Below are positions 21,690 through 31,717 of a stretch of 31,717 bases of DNA, piece by piece. Below the pieces are notes generated by a model. That model was not told the DNA's origin and made no database searches. It worked only from the letters and a program-made list of their open reading frames with translations. The DNA is from Macrostomum lignano (Eukaryota), in NCBI GenBank assembly GCA_002269645.1, contig NIVC01002454.1:1-31717 (forward strand), given 5' to 3'. Numbering within the stretch: position 1 is the stretch's first letter; each line of letters opens with the position of its first letter. A program made the position numbers and the translations under genes.

Positions 21690-22680
21690 GACTATCGGAG
21701 TAAATCAGTAGCTTAGCAACTTTGACTCACCTTACCAAAAGCTGCTAAAGGTGCAAACCAGCAAACAGAACGCAGGTTTCAAAATAAAAGGGTCCACCAA
21801 AAAAAGGTAATGGAAAAGAAGTTTTCAAAGCTGGCAGACTAAATACAGTTCCACATAATTGTTCCGTTGGCAGACGGCAAACACGAAAAAGTTTTGCGAC
21901 CAATCAGCGAAAAAATCAGCTAATGAAAAAGTTAGGTCTATCTGCACAGGTCTAAGTTCCTCCTGGGCCAAGAAGGTGCAGGGCATGACTGATGATGGTT
22001 CCTATGCCTGTTCTTTCTGTTGCCTGCATGGCTTTATGGATACGAGCTTTCCATCATCCTGCTTCTCCTGCTAGAGCGGACCTGCGGATGTACATACATA
22101 ACCTACAGGTCGCGTGATCTACATGTAGACTGATGCTCGTCTTGAAGTGAAATTGACGTTGAAATATTCTGTCGACGTCAGCATGAGAATCCTTTTTCGG
22201 AGCTAACCTCCTGTTGGATTATCCTGATTGACTTACTGATTCAACCCAGCAGAGCACAATATTCACAAGCTGATGTCCCAAGAGAACAAGGGACAACTTG
22301 ATATCTCTCGAACACTGCTCCGCCTGAGTTCTGCAGTAGAGATCGCCGCTTTTGATAGAGAACTTCTGCTAGACCGATTTAACAGGGAGGCTAATTGGGA
22401 TTTTAAGAATCATTTCGTCTTCGTGTAGGCAAGTCCGTTCCGTGTTCGGTTCTGGGTCGGTGCGCATACAAAAAATCACATTGAAAAGTGATATGCATTT
22501 TCAAGTTGATTAACTAAACCAATGAAGTTGGAAATCCATTCGTTTCTATGGACTATTCGGTATTTATGGGAATTTCGGCCATTCGACCCTTCACCCTCTG
22601 GTCGTTCTCTAGAGATCACCATTCTTATTTAATCAGTGACAGTCGTTTGCTCGCATTAAATCAAAATTTGGTGACAAGAA

Positions 22681-23260
22681 GGGGTTGTAGCCTAGTGGGT
22701 TGTAGCCTAGTGGGTTGTAGCCTAGTGGGTTGTAGCCTAGTGGGTTGTAGCCTAGGGGGTTGTAGCCTAGTGGGTTGTAGCCTAGTGGGTTGTAGCCTAG
22801 TGGGTTGTAGCCTAGTGGGTTGTAGCCTAGTGGGTTGTAGCCTAGTGGGTTGTAGCCTAGGGGGTTGTAGCCTAGTGGGTTGTAGCCTAGTGGGTTGTAG
22901 CCTAGTGGGTTGTAGCCTAGTGGGTTGTAGCCTAGTGGGTTGTAGCCTAGTGGGTTGTAGCCTAGTGGGTTGTAGCCTAGTGGGTTGTAGCCTAGTGGGT
23001 TGTAGCCTAGGGGTTGTAGCCTAGTGGGTTGTAGCCTAGTGGGTTGTAGCCTAGTGGGTTGTAGCCTAGTGGGTTGTAGCCTAGTGGGTTGTAGCCTAGT
23101 GGGTTGTAGCCTAGTGGGTTGTAGCCTAGTGGGTTGTAGCCTAGTGGGTTGTAGCCTAGTGGGTTGTAGCCTAGTGGGTTGGAGCCTAGTGGGTTGTAGC
23201 CTAGTGGGTTGTAGCCTAGTGGGTTGTAGCCTAGTGGGTTGGAGCCTAGTGGGTTGGAGC
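22681..23260 (+). repeat. 15-bp minisatellite, about 38 units (GGGTTGTAGCCTAGT), an amplified 5' head/A-box of the adjacent SINE
   Basis: The unit equals the first 15 nt of the SINE as seen single-copy at 16239-16254 (minus strand); the array runs directly into the SINE body. Confidence 0.95.
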
Positions 23261-23552
23261 GACGGACTCCCGACTGAAAGGTCGGGGGTTCGATTCTCGA
23301 CCCAATCGGAACGATTTGTGTCCTTGAGCAAGACACTTAACTCTGCATTGCTTCAGTTCACCCAGCTGTAAAATGGGTGCCAGCATTAGCTGGGGTAATT
23401 GAGGCTGTGTGGCGACCCCCCCAGTCCTTGGACTGAAAGCCGTACACAGCCTTCAGATACGCCGCGCAATGGCTGCGGCTGAGCTGTCGGTTGCACATCT
23501 GGCCCAATTGGGGCAGGTGTAATCAATAATAATCATTATTATTGTTGGCAAG
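22681..23552 (+). mobile_element. tRNA-derived SINE, copy 2, with an expanded 5' end
   Basis: B-box GGTTCGATTC at about 23287, the same CORE-like centre and 3' region as the other copies, and an AAT/ATT tail. Confidence 0.9.
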
Positions 23553-24223
23553 GTTATAAGTTAAACGGGACCCTAACATCTACTGCCAGCAATATATTAA
23601 GTTCTGTTTGAAGAGTGCTTCGAGGTAATTAATAAAGGATTTCGTAATTGCTTGACAGTATGCCTTTTTTAGCGTGAATTTAAATTGGATTTAGGTGATC
23701 GAAAGCAATTTAGGATGCTCTCATCTTAATTCCGTAGCCTGATTCTAGTGTTTCGGCACACAAGTCTCGGCAGTCGGAGTTCAATTTTCAATGTTAGCTA
23801 TATGGCTGGTTGGTTGCAGCATCTTGCCTGCCAACTGGAGGCTAAATTTACACTGATTAATATTTAATTCAAGATTTTCGAGACAACAGATTAAATATGA
23901 TAAATTTGACTAGCTGCAAAGTGGGTTATACTTTATACAGGCCACCCGAAGCGGGCATATTATTAGAATACAATTTGTGTTAAAAAGCCCCGCGCTGGAA
24001 ATTCCAAAGAATTATTTCTCTATCCACGCAGATTCGTGTCCCGCTATTTCCTAGAAACATCACGAACCTGTTGCTATTTTTAGCAACAGCCGCATTGGGT
24101 CACCCCCGGCCCCCGCCAGCCAGGCAAAATGGTGGGCGCTGCGGCGACGGCGGCGGCGGTGCCGAAATCTGTGAAAACTAGGAATTTCCAGGGAATTGAG
24201 TAGCACCATCTGGACGATGCTGA

Positions 24224-24230
24224 TATAAAG
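24224..24230 (+). promoter_or_regulatory. Candidate TATA box of the secreted-protein gene
   Basis: TATAAAG 65 nt upstream of the ATG at 24289; position only, no TSS data. Confidence 0.35.
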
Positions 24231-24288
24231 CTGCCAGGTCGACAGCGATTTGCAATGTTAACAGATAAAATTTCGACACACAGAGAAA

Positions 24289-25399
24289 ATGCGACTCAAT
24301 TTGCTGCTCGCTTTGATGTTCACCTCGGCGGCCGCCTGCGAGCTGCCGATGCTGGGCGAGGAGCTCGGCCGCCGCGGCTGCCAGGAGCGGCGTCACCTGG
24401 CCCGCGGCATCGACCTCGCCTATCGGCACTTGCAGAAAGTCCGCCTGCTGCTGAGCCGGTTCGAGTCGGCTGCTGGGACCACCGATGCCGAAGGTGGCGG
24501 CGACAGCAACTCGTGGTGTTGGAAGCCGCTGACAGCTGCGGCAGAGCAGCAGGACTGCGACTTGGTGCGCCTGGCTGAGTTCCGACTGCGCCTGATGACC
24601 GCTGCAGTGCGCGGCCTGCAGACCTGCCCAGGATGGTAGGCTTAGCAACTGGCTTTTTTCCGATTCGAAAATACCCCAAGCTCGAAAAATACCCCACGCT
24701 CGAAAAATACACCACGCTCGAAAAATACCCTAGGCTCGAAAAATACCCTAGGCTCGAAAAATACCCTAGGCTCGAAAAATAGTGGGTTGTAGCCTAGTGG
24801 CTTCGAAAGTTCGAAAGTTCGAAAAATACCCCACCCCAAGCTCGAAAAATACCCCACCCCAAGCACAAAAAATACTCCAAGCTCATAAATTCCCCAAGCT
24901 AAACACAATCTATCTCGTCTGCAGCGATCGGGATTCAGTCTGGCTCGCCCGCCACCTCGCACGGCGCATCTTCGCCCTGAACGCCACAGTCTTCAGTGAC
25001 TTGCCAAGGCCGCAGTCGCCGGAATGGCCGCAGTCGCTGCAGTCGGAGGCGGCCCGTCAGCTCGCCTGCCTGGAGGCGGCCGCCAAGCCGGCGCAGGCAG
25101 CGTCAGCCAGCCTTCAGCGGCCGTGGAGCCGGCGGCGGCGTCAGCGCTGGCTCGGCCGGTTTGTCACCGAGTTGCGCGCAGCGGCGGCGGAGCTTGAGTC
25201 GGAGTTCGGCGCCCAACCGGCCGCGGAGCTCCTGGCTTCGGCCAACGACGAGGCCGAATGCAACCAACTCGTCAAGGAGGAGCAGGCCGACCAGCTGACA
25301 GCGTTGACAGACGACTACAGCGGCAGCGTCACCTGGGAGACCAGCACAGTGAGGAGCGCGGACATTGCGGATCTGGAGACGAGTTCCATCGCTACTTGA
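24289..25399 (+). CDS. Secreted 273-aa predicted helical protein with 8 Cys, join(24289..24635,24925..25399); family not recognised
   Basis: Signal peptide MRLNLLLALMFTSAAA; donor GTAGGC at 24636 and acceptor TCTCGTCTGCAG at 24924 join TG+C in frame (…LQTCPG-C-DRDSVWLARHLARRIFALNATVF…); both exons are GC-rich islands; NAT sequon. Confidence 0.8.
24664..24899. repeat. Degenerate roughly 18-bp minisatellite (CTCGAAAAATACCCCACG) filling most of the 289-bp intron
   Basis: Directly visible; interrupted at 24780-24800 by foreign sequence. Confidence 0.9.
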
Positions 25400-26133
25400 T
25401 GACGCATGCTCAGGGACTCTCTTTAGCACAAGGACGCTCGGTACGTGTTCGAACAGCTTCCAAAGAGTCAGCGATAAACGCGCAAATCCGATTCTTGCAC
25501 CGAAGGTTCCCGGATTTGATCGATTTCTTTGAGGCTAATATCTAAGGCTATGTTAGACTTCTTATTCGTGGACTGTGAGAGCTACAGGGCTCTGTCTGCT
25601 AGCAATTGTATGCTCTTTTCGGAATGTTTGTATTACTTTCTTTGACCCCAACTGGGGGGCCAGATCGCTAGTCCATGCACTAAACAGATTTGTGGTCTTC
25701 TAAAATTCAGCTATCCAAAAGCGTCAATGAGGCTTGAATAATTCTGCCTAATGTTAATTGCAGGTTTCGCAGCAGTGCTTTTGCAGGGTTATAATCATAC
25801 TGTCCACTCTCGTACAATATTTAATTCACACATTTGCTAACTCCGCTAGTGGCTTTCTGCGACATTCATTGCACTACAATCCGTTCGCATAATTCAGTAA
25901 AACACAGATTTCTAAAAATGCTTCATTGCCATATATATTTTACTTAATAGAAGAATTTCGAATTTTTAGTAATCTGTTTTATGATCCGCCGTTTTGCGAA
26001 TGATAAATAAATAGCTTCTTCTCAGTGTGTTTATTCATCAATACCCTTCGCTCACTCGCTTGAATCTTGTTAATACGACAAAATTTGGTAAAATTTATGA
26101 ATGCGTTTGCCTGGAATATGACTAGAGTTTAAT

Positions 26134-26330
26134 AGATCATGACGAGACTATGACTAAATTAGACTAGATCATGACTAGACTATGACTAGATTAGACTAGA
26201 TCAAGACTAGACTATGACTAGATTAGACTAGATCATGATTAGACTATGACTGGATCATGGCTAGATCATGACTAGACTATGACTGGATCATGACTAGACT
26301 ATGACTGGATCATGACTAGACTATGACTGG
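26134..26330. repeat. Roughly 22-bp minisatellite (GACTAGACTATGACTGGATCAT and variants) abutting the 3' end of the minus-strand ORF
   Basis: Directly visible. Confidence 0.9.
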
Positions 26331-26796
26331 GCCGCAAGCCACCGCCGCCACTGAATGACGACGTCGTCGACTTTGCTGACGTCACGGCCACCGCCGCTGC
26401 CGCCCCAGCCGACTGCGGCGCTGATTTGGGCAGGCCGGCGCTTGCGCGGACCTCGCGCTCGATGTCGTCAAGCTCGTGGCGGACCCGGTCTAGCAGTCCG
26501 GATGGGCCGACTTTGCCGGGTGCCGGTGCCGCTGAAGTGGTCGATGATGGAGCCGGTTGCCTCGGCGGTTCGCGCCGCCTATCCTGTGCGACAGCGGTCG
26601 GCGGCGATGCGTCCAGCGACTTGTCGCGCTGCTGCATCCAGGCGTCACGGCGGCTCTGCAGCTCGCGCAGGCGCTCTTGAAGGTCCGGACGACCGGCCGC
26701 GACTCCGGCGGGGCCCCCAGAAGTCTTGCCTCGACCGGCGCCACCGCCGCCAGCGCGCTTGCCGCCCCCGTTTGATGGGGCTGGGCCGAAGGACAT
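26299..26796 (-). CDS. Low-complexity/coiled-coil protein ORF (about 165 aa, MSFGPAPSNGGGKR...); may be an exon of a longer gene
   Basis: GC-rich island; two short coiled-coil-like segments (LQERLRELQSRRDAWMQQRD; LLDRVRHELDDIEREVR). The last codons and the stop fall in the tandem repeat, so the true 3' end is uncertain. Confidence 0.6.
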   Translation of the reverse strand: MSFGPAPSNGGGKRAGGGGAGRGKTSGGPAGVAAGRPDLQERLRELQSRRDAWMQQRDKSLDASPPTAVAQDRRREPPRQPAPSSTTSAAPAPGKVGPSGLLDRVRHELDDIEREVRASAGLPKSAPQSAGAAAAVAVTSAKSTTSSFSGGGGLRPSHSLVMIQS

Positions 26797-28672
26797 TCCA
26801 AGTGGATCACGGGAGCGACAACGGCATGAAATTTCGAATGCAAATACATGCATAAATGCAATCACAGTATTTGAGATGGTTACAGAATTTATTTAAGTTT
26901 TTTTACAATAAATCTGCTCTTTTGCAGTCGTCGCGTTGTGCTCTACTTCGTCATAAAGCTATCAGAATAGATTATTATAGCGGAAAAGCTCAACCAATTT
27001 TAAATCCTGGCAAAGGAGAAACCATTAAAAGTAAATATTTAATCTACTCGTAGCTACGTGCTGCTACATGTTATGTCAAATATAAGGTATGCCCCATGGA
27101 ATTTAGAAGAGGAAAATATTCATGGAAATGAGATCCAGTGTCCCAAAGATTCAATGTGTATCTGGTTTGCTGGTTTAATCTTAAAAGTGTTTTAATAAAA
27201 CATGCATGTTAAACAAATTTACAAATCTGTTTCTCAAATATATTTAGATAGTATCACTTAAACCTTTGGAGAATATTCATTGGTTTTATATTTTGAAAAG
27301 AAACAGAATGTAAAAAACTAAGCCAGTCACATACAAAGAGATTTCTTACTCTTGCTAAAGGTACAACTAATTTTCATCCTAAAAGAAAACTTTTAGATAC
27401 ATAAAATAGCAGTACTGAAGTTAATAATATTCTAATGCAAAAAACCGTATTGTATAAATCTTTGAGACTTGCATATAGTTAATGATGGCTTGAGCCAAAC
27501 TTCTAAATGTATTTCTAAATAATGCTTAAATTGATCAAATCGATTTAAGGCAAGGCAGACGGGCAACTTTTATTATCTAGATATTCTTACATATGTAGAG
27601 CACGCGATGCAAGTTTAATTTAAGCCTTAAAAACCACTTTCAAAATAAAAGTATGCCTCAAATTTTGCTGCACTTGAAATGTTTTATTGAAAATATGTAG
27701 TACTTATGTATCTTTTTATTACTTGATTTATTCTTGTAATAATTATTTTGCTTTAAAATTTGACGTTTTATTTTGTTTTACTTCTCCGTTACTCTGCAAA
27801 CGGCTAGGGCGATATTTTGGAATTGTAAATTAACTGTCATTTTACATTCAACTTTGAAAGGTCAAATATTATGGCTAAAGCTTGTTATAAAGCTTCAACT
27901 GCAATGTTAGGCACCTAACACTTGCTCCTAAAATTCTCGTAAATTAAAGCAAGATTCATTGTTTTTTTGCAATTCAGAGCTGGTATAAGTTAAATAATTA
28001 TCTACAATATTATATTTTGACAGAACCGTGTCAACCTTATATATTAGTTTGTACTCGATTAAATTAATTAGTATATGGATAAAAATCCTTTGGATCACGG
28101 GTAATAGACTGCTTTCAGTGGAACTAAATACGAAAGAATTAAGATTTAATATGGCTGGTATTTCTAAAAAGCTATAGCTTGCACGCCTAGCAAGTCCTAA
28201 AATACATCTAGACATTCAAAATGTTTGCTTGAATTTTAAACGAAATTCAAGTAAATCGATATATACTCGTAGTGTGTAGTGTATATACATGTATAGTGAA
28301 TAGCTTCAGTGTATGTATTCATTTTTGAAAAGTTTAATACTTGATTAATGAAGTATAGTATTTTCATAAACAAGTGGATTTTTATGTAACAATCAACAGT
28401 GATTAATAAATTTTACATTTCACTAGTAATACTGTCTAAAATAAGTAATTAAAATGTCTCGAGAAATACATTAAAGCAGTACCTTTAGCCTTTAGCACCT
28501 TTAGAGCGTATTGACCTTTTTAAAAGACTTTTCTAATGGTCTTTCTTAATTTTTCTACTTGTCATATGCTTCGAAAATAGATGCAACACATCTATTTAGC
28601 ATTTACTGATTAATTAATTTTACCATACTTCTGTTGCATGATAAAAGAATTTGCACCAGCAACACCAGCCAG

Positions 28673-31460
28673 ATGTCCCGCCAGCCAGCCAAAGGTCGCG
28701 CAGACCGCGGGAAAGGAGCCCAGTCCACGCCGAATCCGGCTGTGCAGAATGAAATCATTCCTGGAAAATTCACAGAACACGACTGGTAATGAATGCTCTT
28801 TCCCGTGTCACCTACGCTGCGCCTCAATTTCTTAAATGATTTGTGTAAGTATTCCCTCCCCAAAACTCTCGCCAGGAACCTGGCCATGGGACCCAGCGAA
28901 AACGAGGAATTCGTGCTGGGCATCGTGAATGATGTTGTTGACACGGCGTTGGGCGAGATTTACGAGAAGTACCTGCAGCGACAGCTCATTCCCTACACTG
29001 TGTCGCTGGCCAAGGATGCTATGCTGCAAATTATTGAGGTATTTTTTGGACTTCTAATTCTGTAGCTTTTTATCGTACACGTGTTAATTTAATTATGATT
29101 TCAAGCCAAAGCAACAAAGTAGAAGCCCCACTGATTATTTGGAGTCCTTGAAGCTCATGAAGACTCACCCCGCCTCCCCCTCTCGCCCCAGTGGAATTTT
29201 CTGTCCCACGACGAAGGCGAGAGCCCGGACCGCCTGACCGGCGAGGCCTGGTCCGAGGACCGCGAGCCGGCATCGGCCACCATCGACTCCTGGGGCCAGG
29301 GCTGCATCCCCAAGACGGTGCTCACGCCGCGTTCTTCGCGACTGTCAACCCCGGCTCCGCAGCCGGAGGCCATCGCTGAGGAAGACGACGCCGACCTCGT
29401 AGAAGCGGCGGCGGCGGCCGAGTCATCTGGGGTAGATGAGGAAGCGGAATTCGCCGCAGCGACTGCGGAGGCTGAGGCGGAGACGGCCACCGGCCCCGAG
29501 TCGGAGGAGGCGGCCCCGGCCGGAGCTCAGCAGAGCAGGGCAGCTCCAGGCCGGGCGCCCGGTTCCGCTTCCGGCCGTACCGCGGCAAGCTGAAGTCGGC
29601 TGGCCTGTCGGCAATGAGTGAGACGCTTCTGGAGACCGAGCTGCGCCTGCGCGATGTCGATGATCCGCGGCGTGGCGCGGCCGCCGAGGCGGCTGGAGGA
29701 GGCAGCGGCGGCGGCGGCGGCGTAGGCGGCATGCCGACCTCCTGCCTGAGCATCCTGAAAGTGCAGGCGGGCCGGCCCCCGGCAACAAGGAGGTGATCTA
29801 CGACGAGGCCGGCAATGTTGTCAGCGTGGTGAAGATCCCGGCGGATCGCCTGCCCTCGCACAGGTGAGTGAGGAGAGAGTGAGTAGCGCTGAATGGTGTT
29901 TTCGCCATAGACTAAATGGCTGTCCTAAGGGTTGCAGCCTGGTGATTAGAGCGTCGGGCTCACGTTGATAGGTCGGGGGTTCGTTTCCGATCCCACCCGG
30001 AACAGTTTGTGTTCTTGAGCAAGACACTTAACGATCTGCATTGCTTCAGTTCACCCAGCTGTAAAATGGGTGCCAGCATTAGCTGGGGTAATTGAGGCTG
30101 TGTGTGGCGACCTTCCAGTCCTTGGACTGAACAGCCGTACGCAGCCTTCAGATACGCCGCGCAATAGCTGCGGCTGAGCAGTCGATTGCACATCTGTCTA
30201 TTAGGGAAGGTGCAATAAAAAAAATAATACTTCCTCACAGCAGCTGATACAGTACGGGCGAATTTAAATTTACATAACTACTATAGTAAAAGGCCTTTAT
30301 GGTTTAAAGCATTGATGTGACACATCTATAGGGCAAATGCTATCAAACTACTTTTCCAAAATTAAACTTCATAGTGCGGACTGGCTTTCCCGCTTGAGAA
30401 CTGTGATTATTTTGCAAGCCAACCTGAAAAACACATACGCAGCTCCACTTCGCTGCCAGACCGACTCAGGCCAGCCAGTGGTAGCTCAGAGCCCAGGTAA
30501 CAATCCACCCAGGTAGCAACTGGCTCCGGTGTACTCTCTTTGTCGGAAGTCACTTTTTGCGTTTTTCACGGAAGTCACTAAAATATTTAAACGAATAACA
30601 CTAATATTATACCGCAAAAAACAGCCACAATTAATTGTTACAAATTCTCCCATTCAAAATACCAGAGCTAACTTCAGTTTAACAATTATGGAATGTCTCT
30701 ACTCTGTATATTTTAGTTATTTTTTACTATCTACATGTATTTATCGCTACTTGCATTTTGCGTGCATCACTTCCATTGTTTATCTATGGCCTGTGCATCA
30801 CTTCCATTGTTTATCTATGGCTTGTGCATCACTGCCATTGTTTATCTATGGCTTGTGCATCACTGCCATTGTTTATCTATGGCTTGTGCATCACTGCCAT
30901 TGTTTATCTATGGCCTGTGCATCACTGCCATTGTTTAACTATGGCTTGTGCATCACTGCCATTGTTTGTCTATGGCTTGTGCATCACTGCCATTGTTTAT
31001 CTATGGCCTGTGCATCACTGCCATTGTTTATCTATGGCTTGTGCATCACTGCCATTGTTTATCGATGCCCGCAGGGTGAACGTCGGCTATCGCGTGCTGC
31101 AGGCGGAGCTGGAGGCAGAGAAGGCTCGCCTAGAGGCGCTCAAACGCGGAATTCGGGTACCGCAGGCTGGCGCGGGCGGGGCGCCGACAGCGGCTGGCCG
31201 GCGGCAGTGGCAGCCTCCTCGGATCCGCGTCTGCCGCAGCAGGCGCCGAGCGGCCCGGCGCCGACCAGAAGGTGGAGGCGCTGCCGCCGTCGCTAGTGGA
31301 GACCATCGACCTGGCGCCAGGCGTCAGCGTTCGCGAGGGCGGCCTCGTCCGCTCCGGGCCGCCGGCGCAGCGGAACGGCAACGAGAAGTTCGCCGAGATC
31401 CACCTGAAAGGCCTGCGGCCCGTGCAGGCCCGCCTGGCGCTGGCGAGCCGCCGAAGGTGA
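28673..31460 (+). CDS. C2orf81: C2orf81 (DUF4639)-like protein, exons 28673..28785, 28876..29038, 29192..29863, 31075..31460; three frameshifts (about 29500-29545, 29776-29780, about 31190-31205)
   Basis: Spliced N-terminus EIIPGKFTEHDW...EEFVLGIVNDVV...YLQRQLIPYTVSLAKDAMLQIIE|WNFLSHDEGE...WSEDREPASATIDSWGQGCIP matches the recalled human C2orf81 segment DIVPGRLSEAEW...[29 protein letters not shown]...WGEDEEP...DSWAQGSVP. All introns are GT-AG with consistent phases. Downstream blocks FRPYRGKL, GNKEVIYDEAGNV and LPPSLVETIDLAPGVSVREG lie in different frames. Confidence 0.85.
29929..30229 (+). mobile_element. tRNA-derived SINE, copy 3 (more diverged head), in intron 3 of the C2orf81-like gene
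   Basis: GGGTTGCAGCCTGGTG head, GGTTCGTTTCC B-box, the same central and 3' body, and an A-rich tail. Confidence 0.9.
30762..31063. repeat. 31-bp minisatellite, about 10 units (GTGCATCACTGCCATTGTTTATCTATGGCTT), ending 11 nt before the exon 4 acceptor
   Basis: Directly visible. Confidence 0.97.
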
Positions 31461-31717
31461 CGGCGACAGACCTGCTGCCTGCGGGCAGGGTGGCTGTGCG
31501 GCCGCCCATCAACGGCCGACAGCCGATCCCGCCCATCCAGCGGCCGCCCGCGCTGACCGCTGTCCCTCCAGCTTCCCTCGCCGCCTACGCTTTCCCGATT
31601 CCCAAAATCTCCCTAAGCCTAATCCTAATGTGTTGTAAAATTCCTTGATTGTCAGTAAGGAAAACGGTTCAAGACTGACAGACTTTCAGCTAAATGCTTC
31701 ACTGTCAGTAGTTTGCC

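Noticed and set aside
22270-22430. Short frame LLRLSSAVEIAAFDRELLLDRF faintly like a LINE reverse-transcriptase motif
   Set aside because: Too short and divergent, with no flanking RT motifs.
23400-23520. Ribozyme (hammerhead/HDV) in the SINE 3' region
   Set aside because: No CTGANGA...GAAA core with matching stems found by eye; an Infernal search would be needed.
27928-28215. 95-aa minus-strand ORF in the AT-rich spacer
   Set aside because: Composition is unlike the GC-rich exons here; no recognisable motif.

Overview
Eukaryotic (animal) genomic DNA. GC-rich, Ala-rich exons with GT-AG introns sit in an AT-rich background that is about one-third minisatellite; this architecture resembles the flatworm Macrostomum, but the organism is an inference. 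Manual splicing gives seven gene models, mostly missed by the ORF track: (1) a 3-exon 80-aa amidated neuropeptide precursor (1195-3627, +); (2) a single-exon 4-TM protein (5728-6306, +); (3) a 2-exon class A GPCR with a frameshift and an internal stop (12992-10195, -); (4) a 2-exon clarin/claudin-like tetraspan protein (19384-16802, -); (5) a 2-exon 273-aa secreted helical Cys-containing protein, possibly cytokine-like (24289-25399, +); (6) a coiled-coil ORF (26796-26299, -); (7) a 4-exon C2orf81/DUF4639 homolog with three frameshifts (28673-31460, +). Mobile DNA comprises a piggyBac remnant, two inverted copies of a MITE (one carrying a nested foldback MITE, both insertions with 8-bp TSDs) and three copies of a tRNA-derived SINE. 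There are 13 unrelated tandem arrays (units 4-55 bp, about 10.5 kb in total). Several are visibly amplified in situ from functional local sequence: a SINE Pol III A-box, a branch point plus splice acceptor, and a stop codon. A 21-nt piece of one array has been copied into another. Most long ORFs in the supplied track are repeat artefacts.
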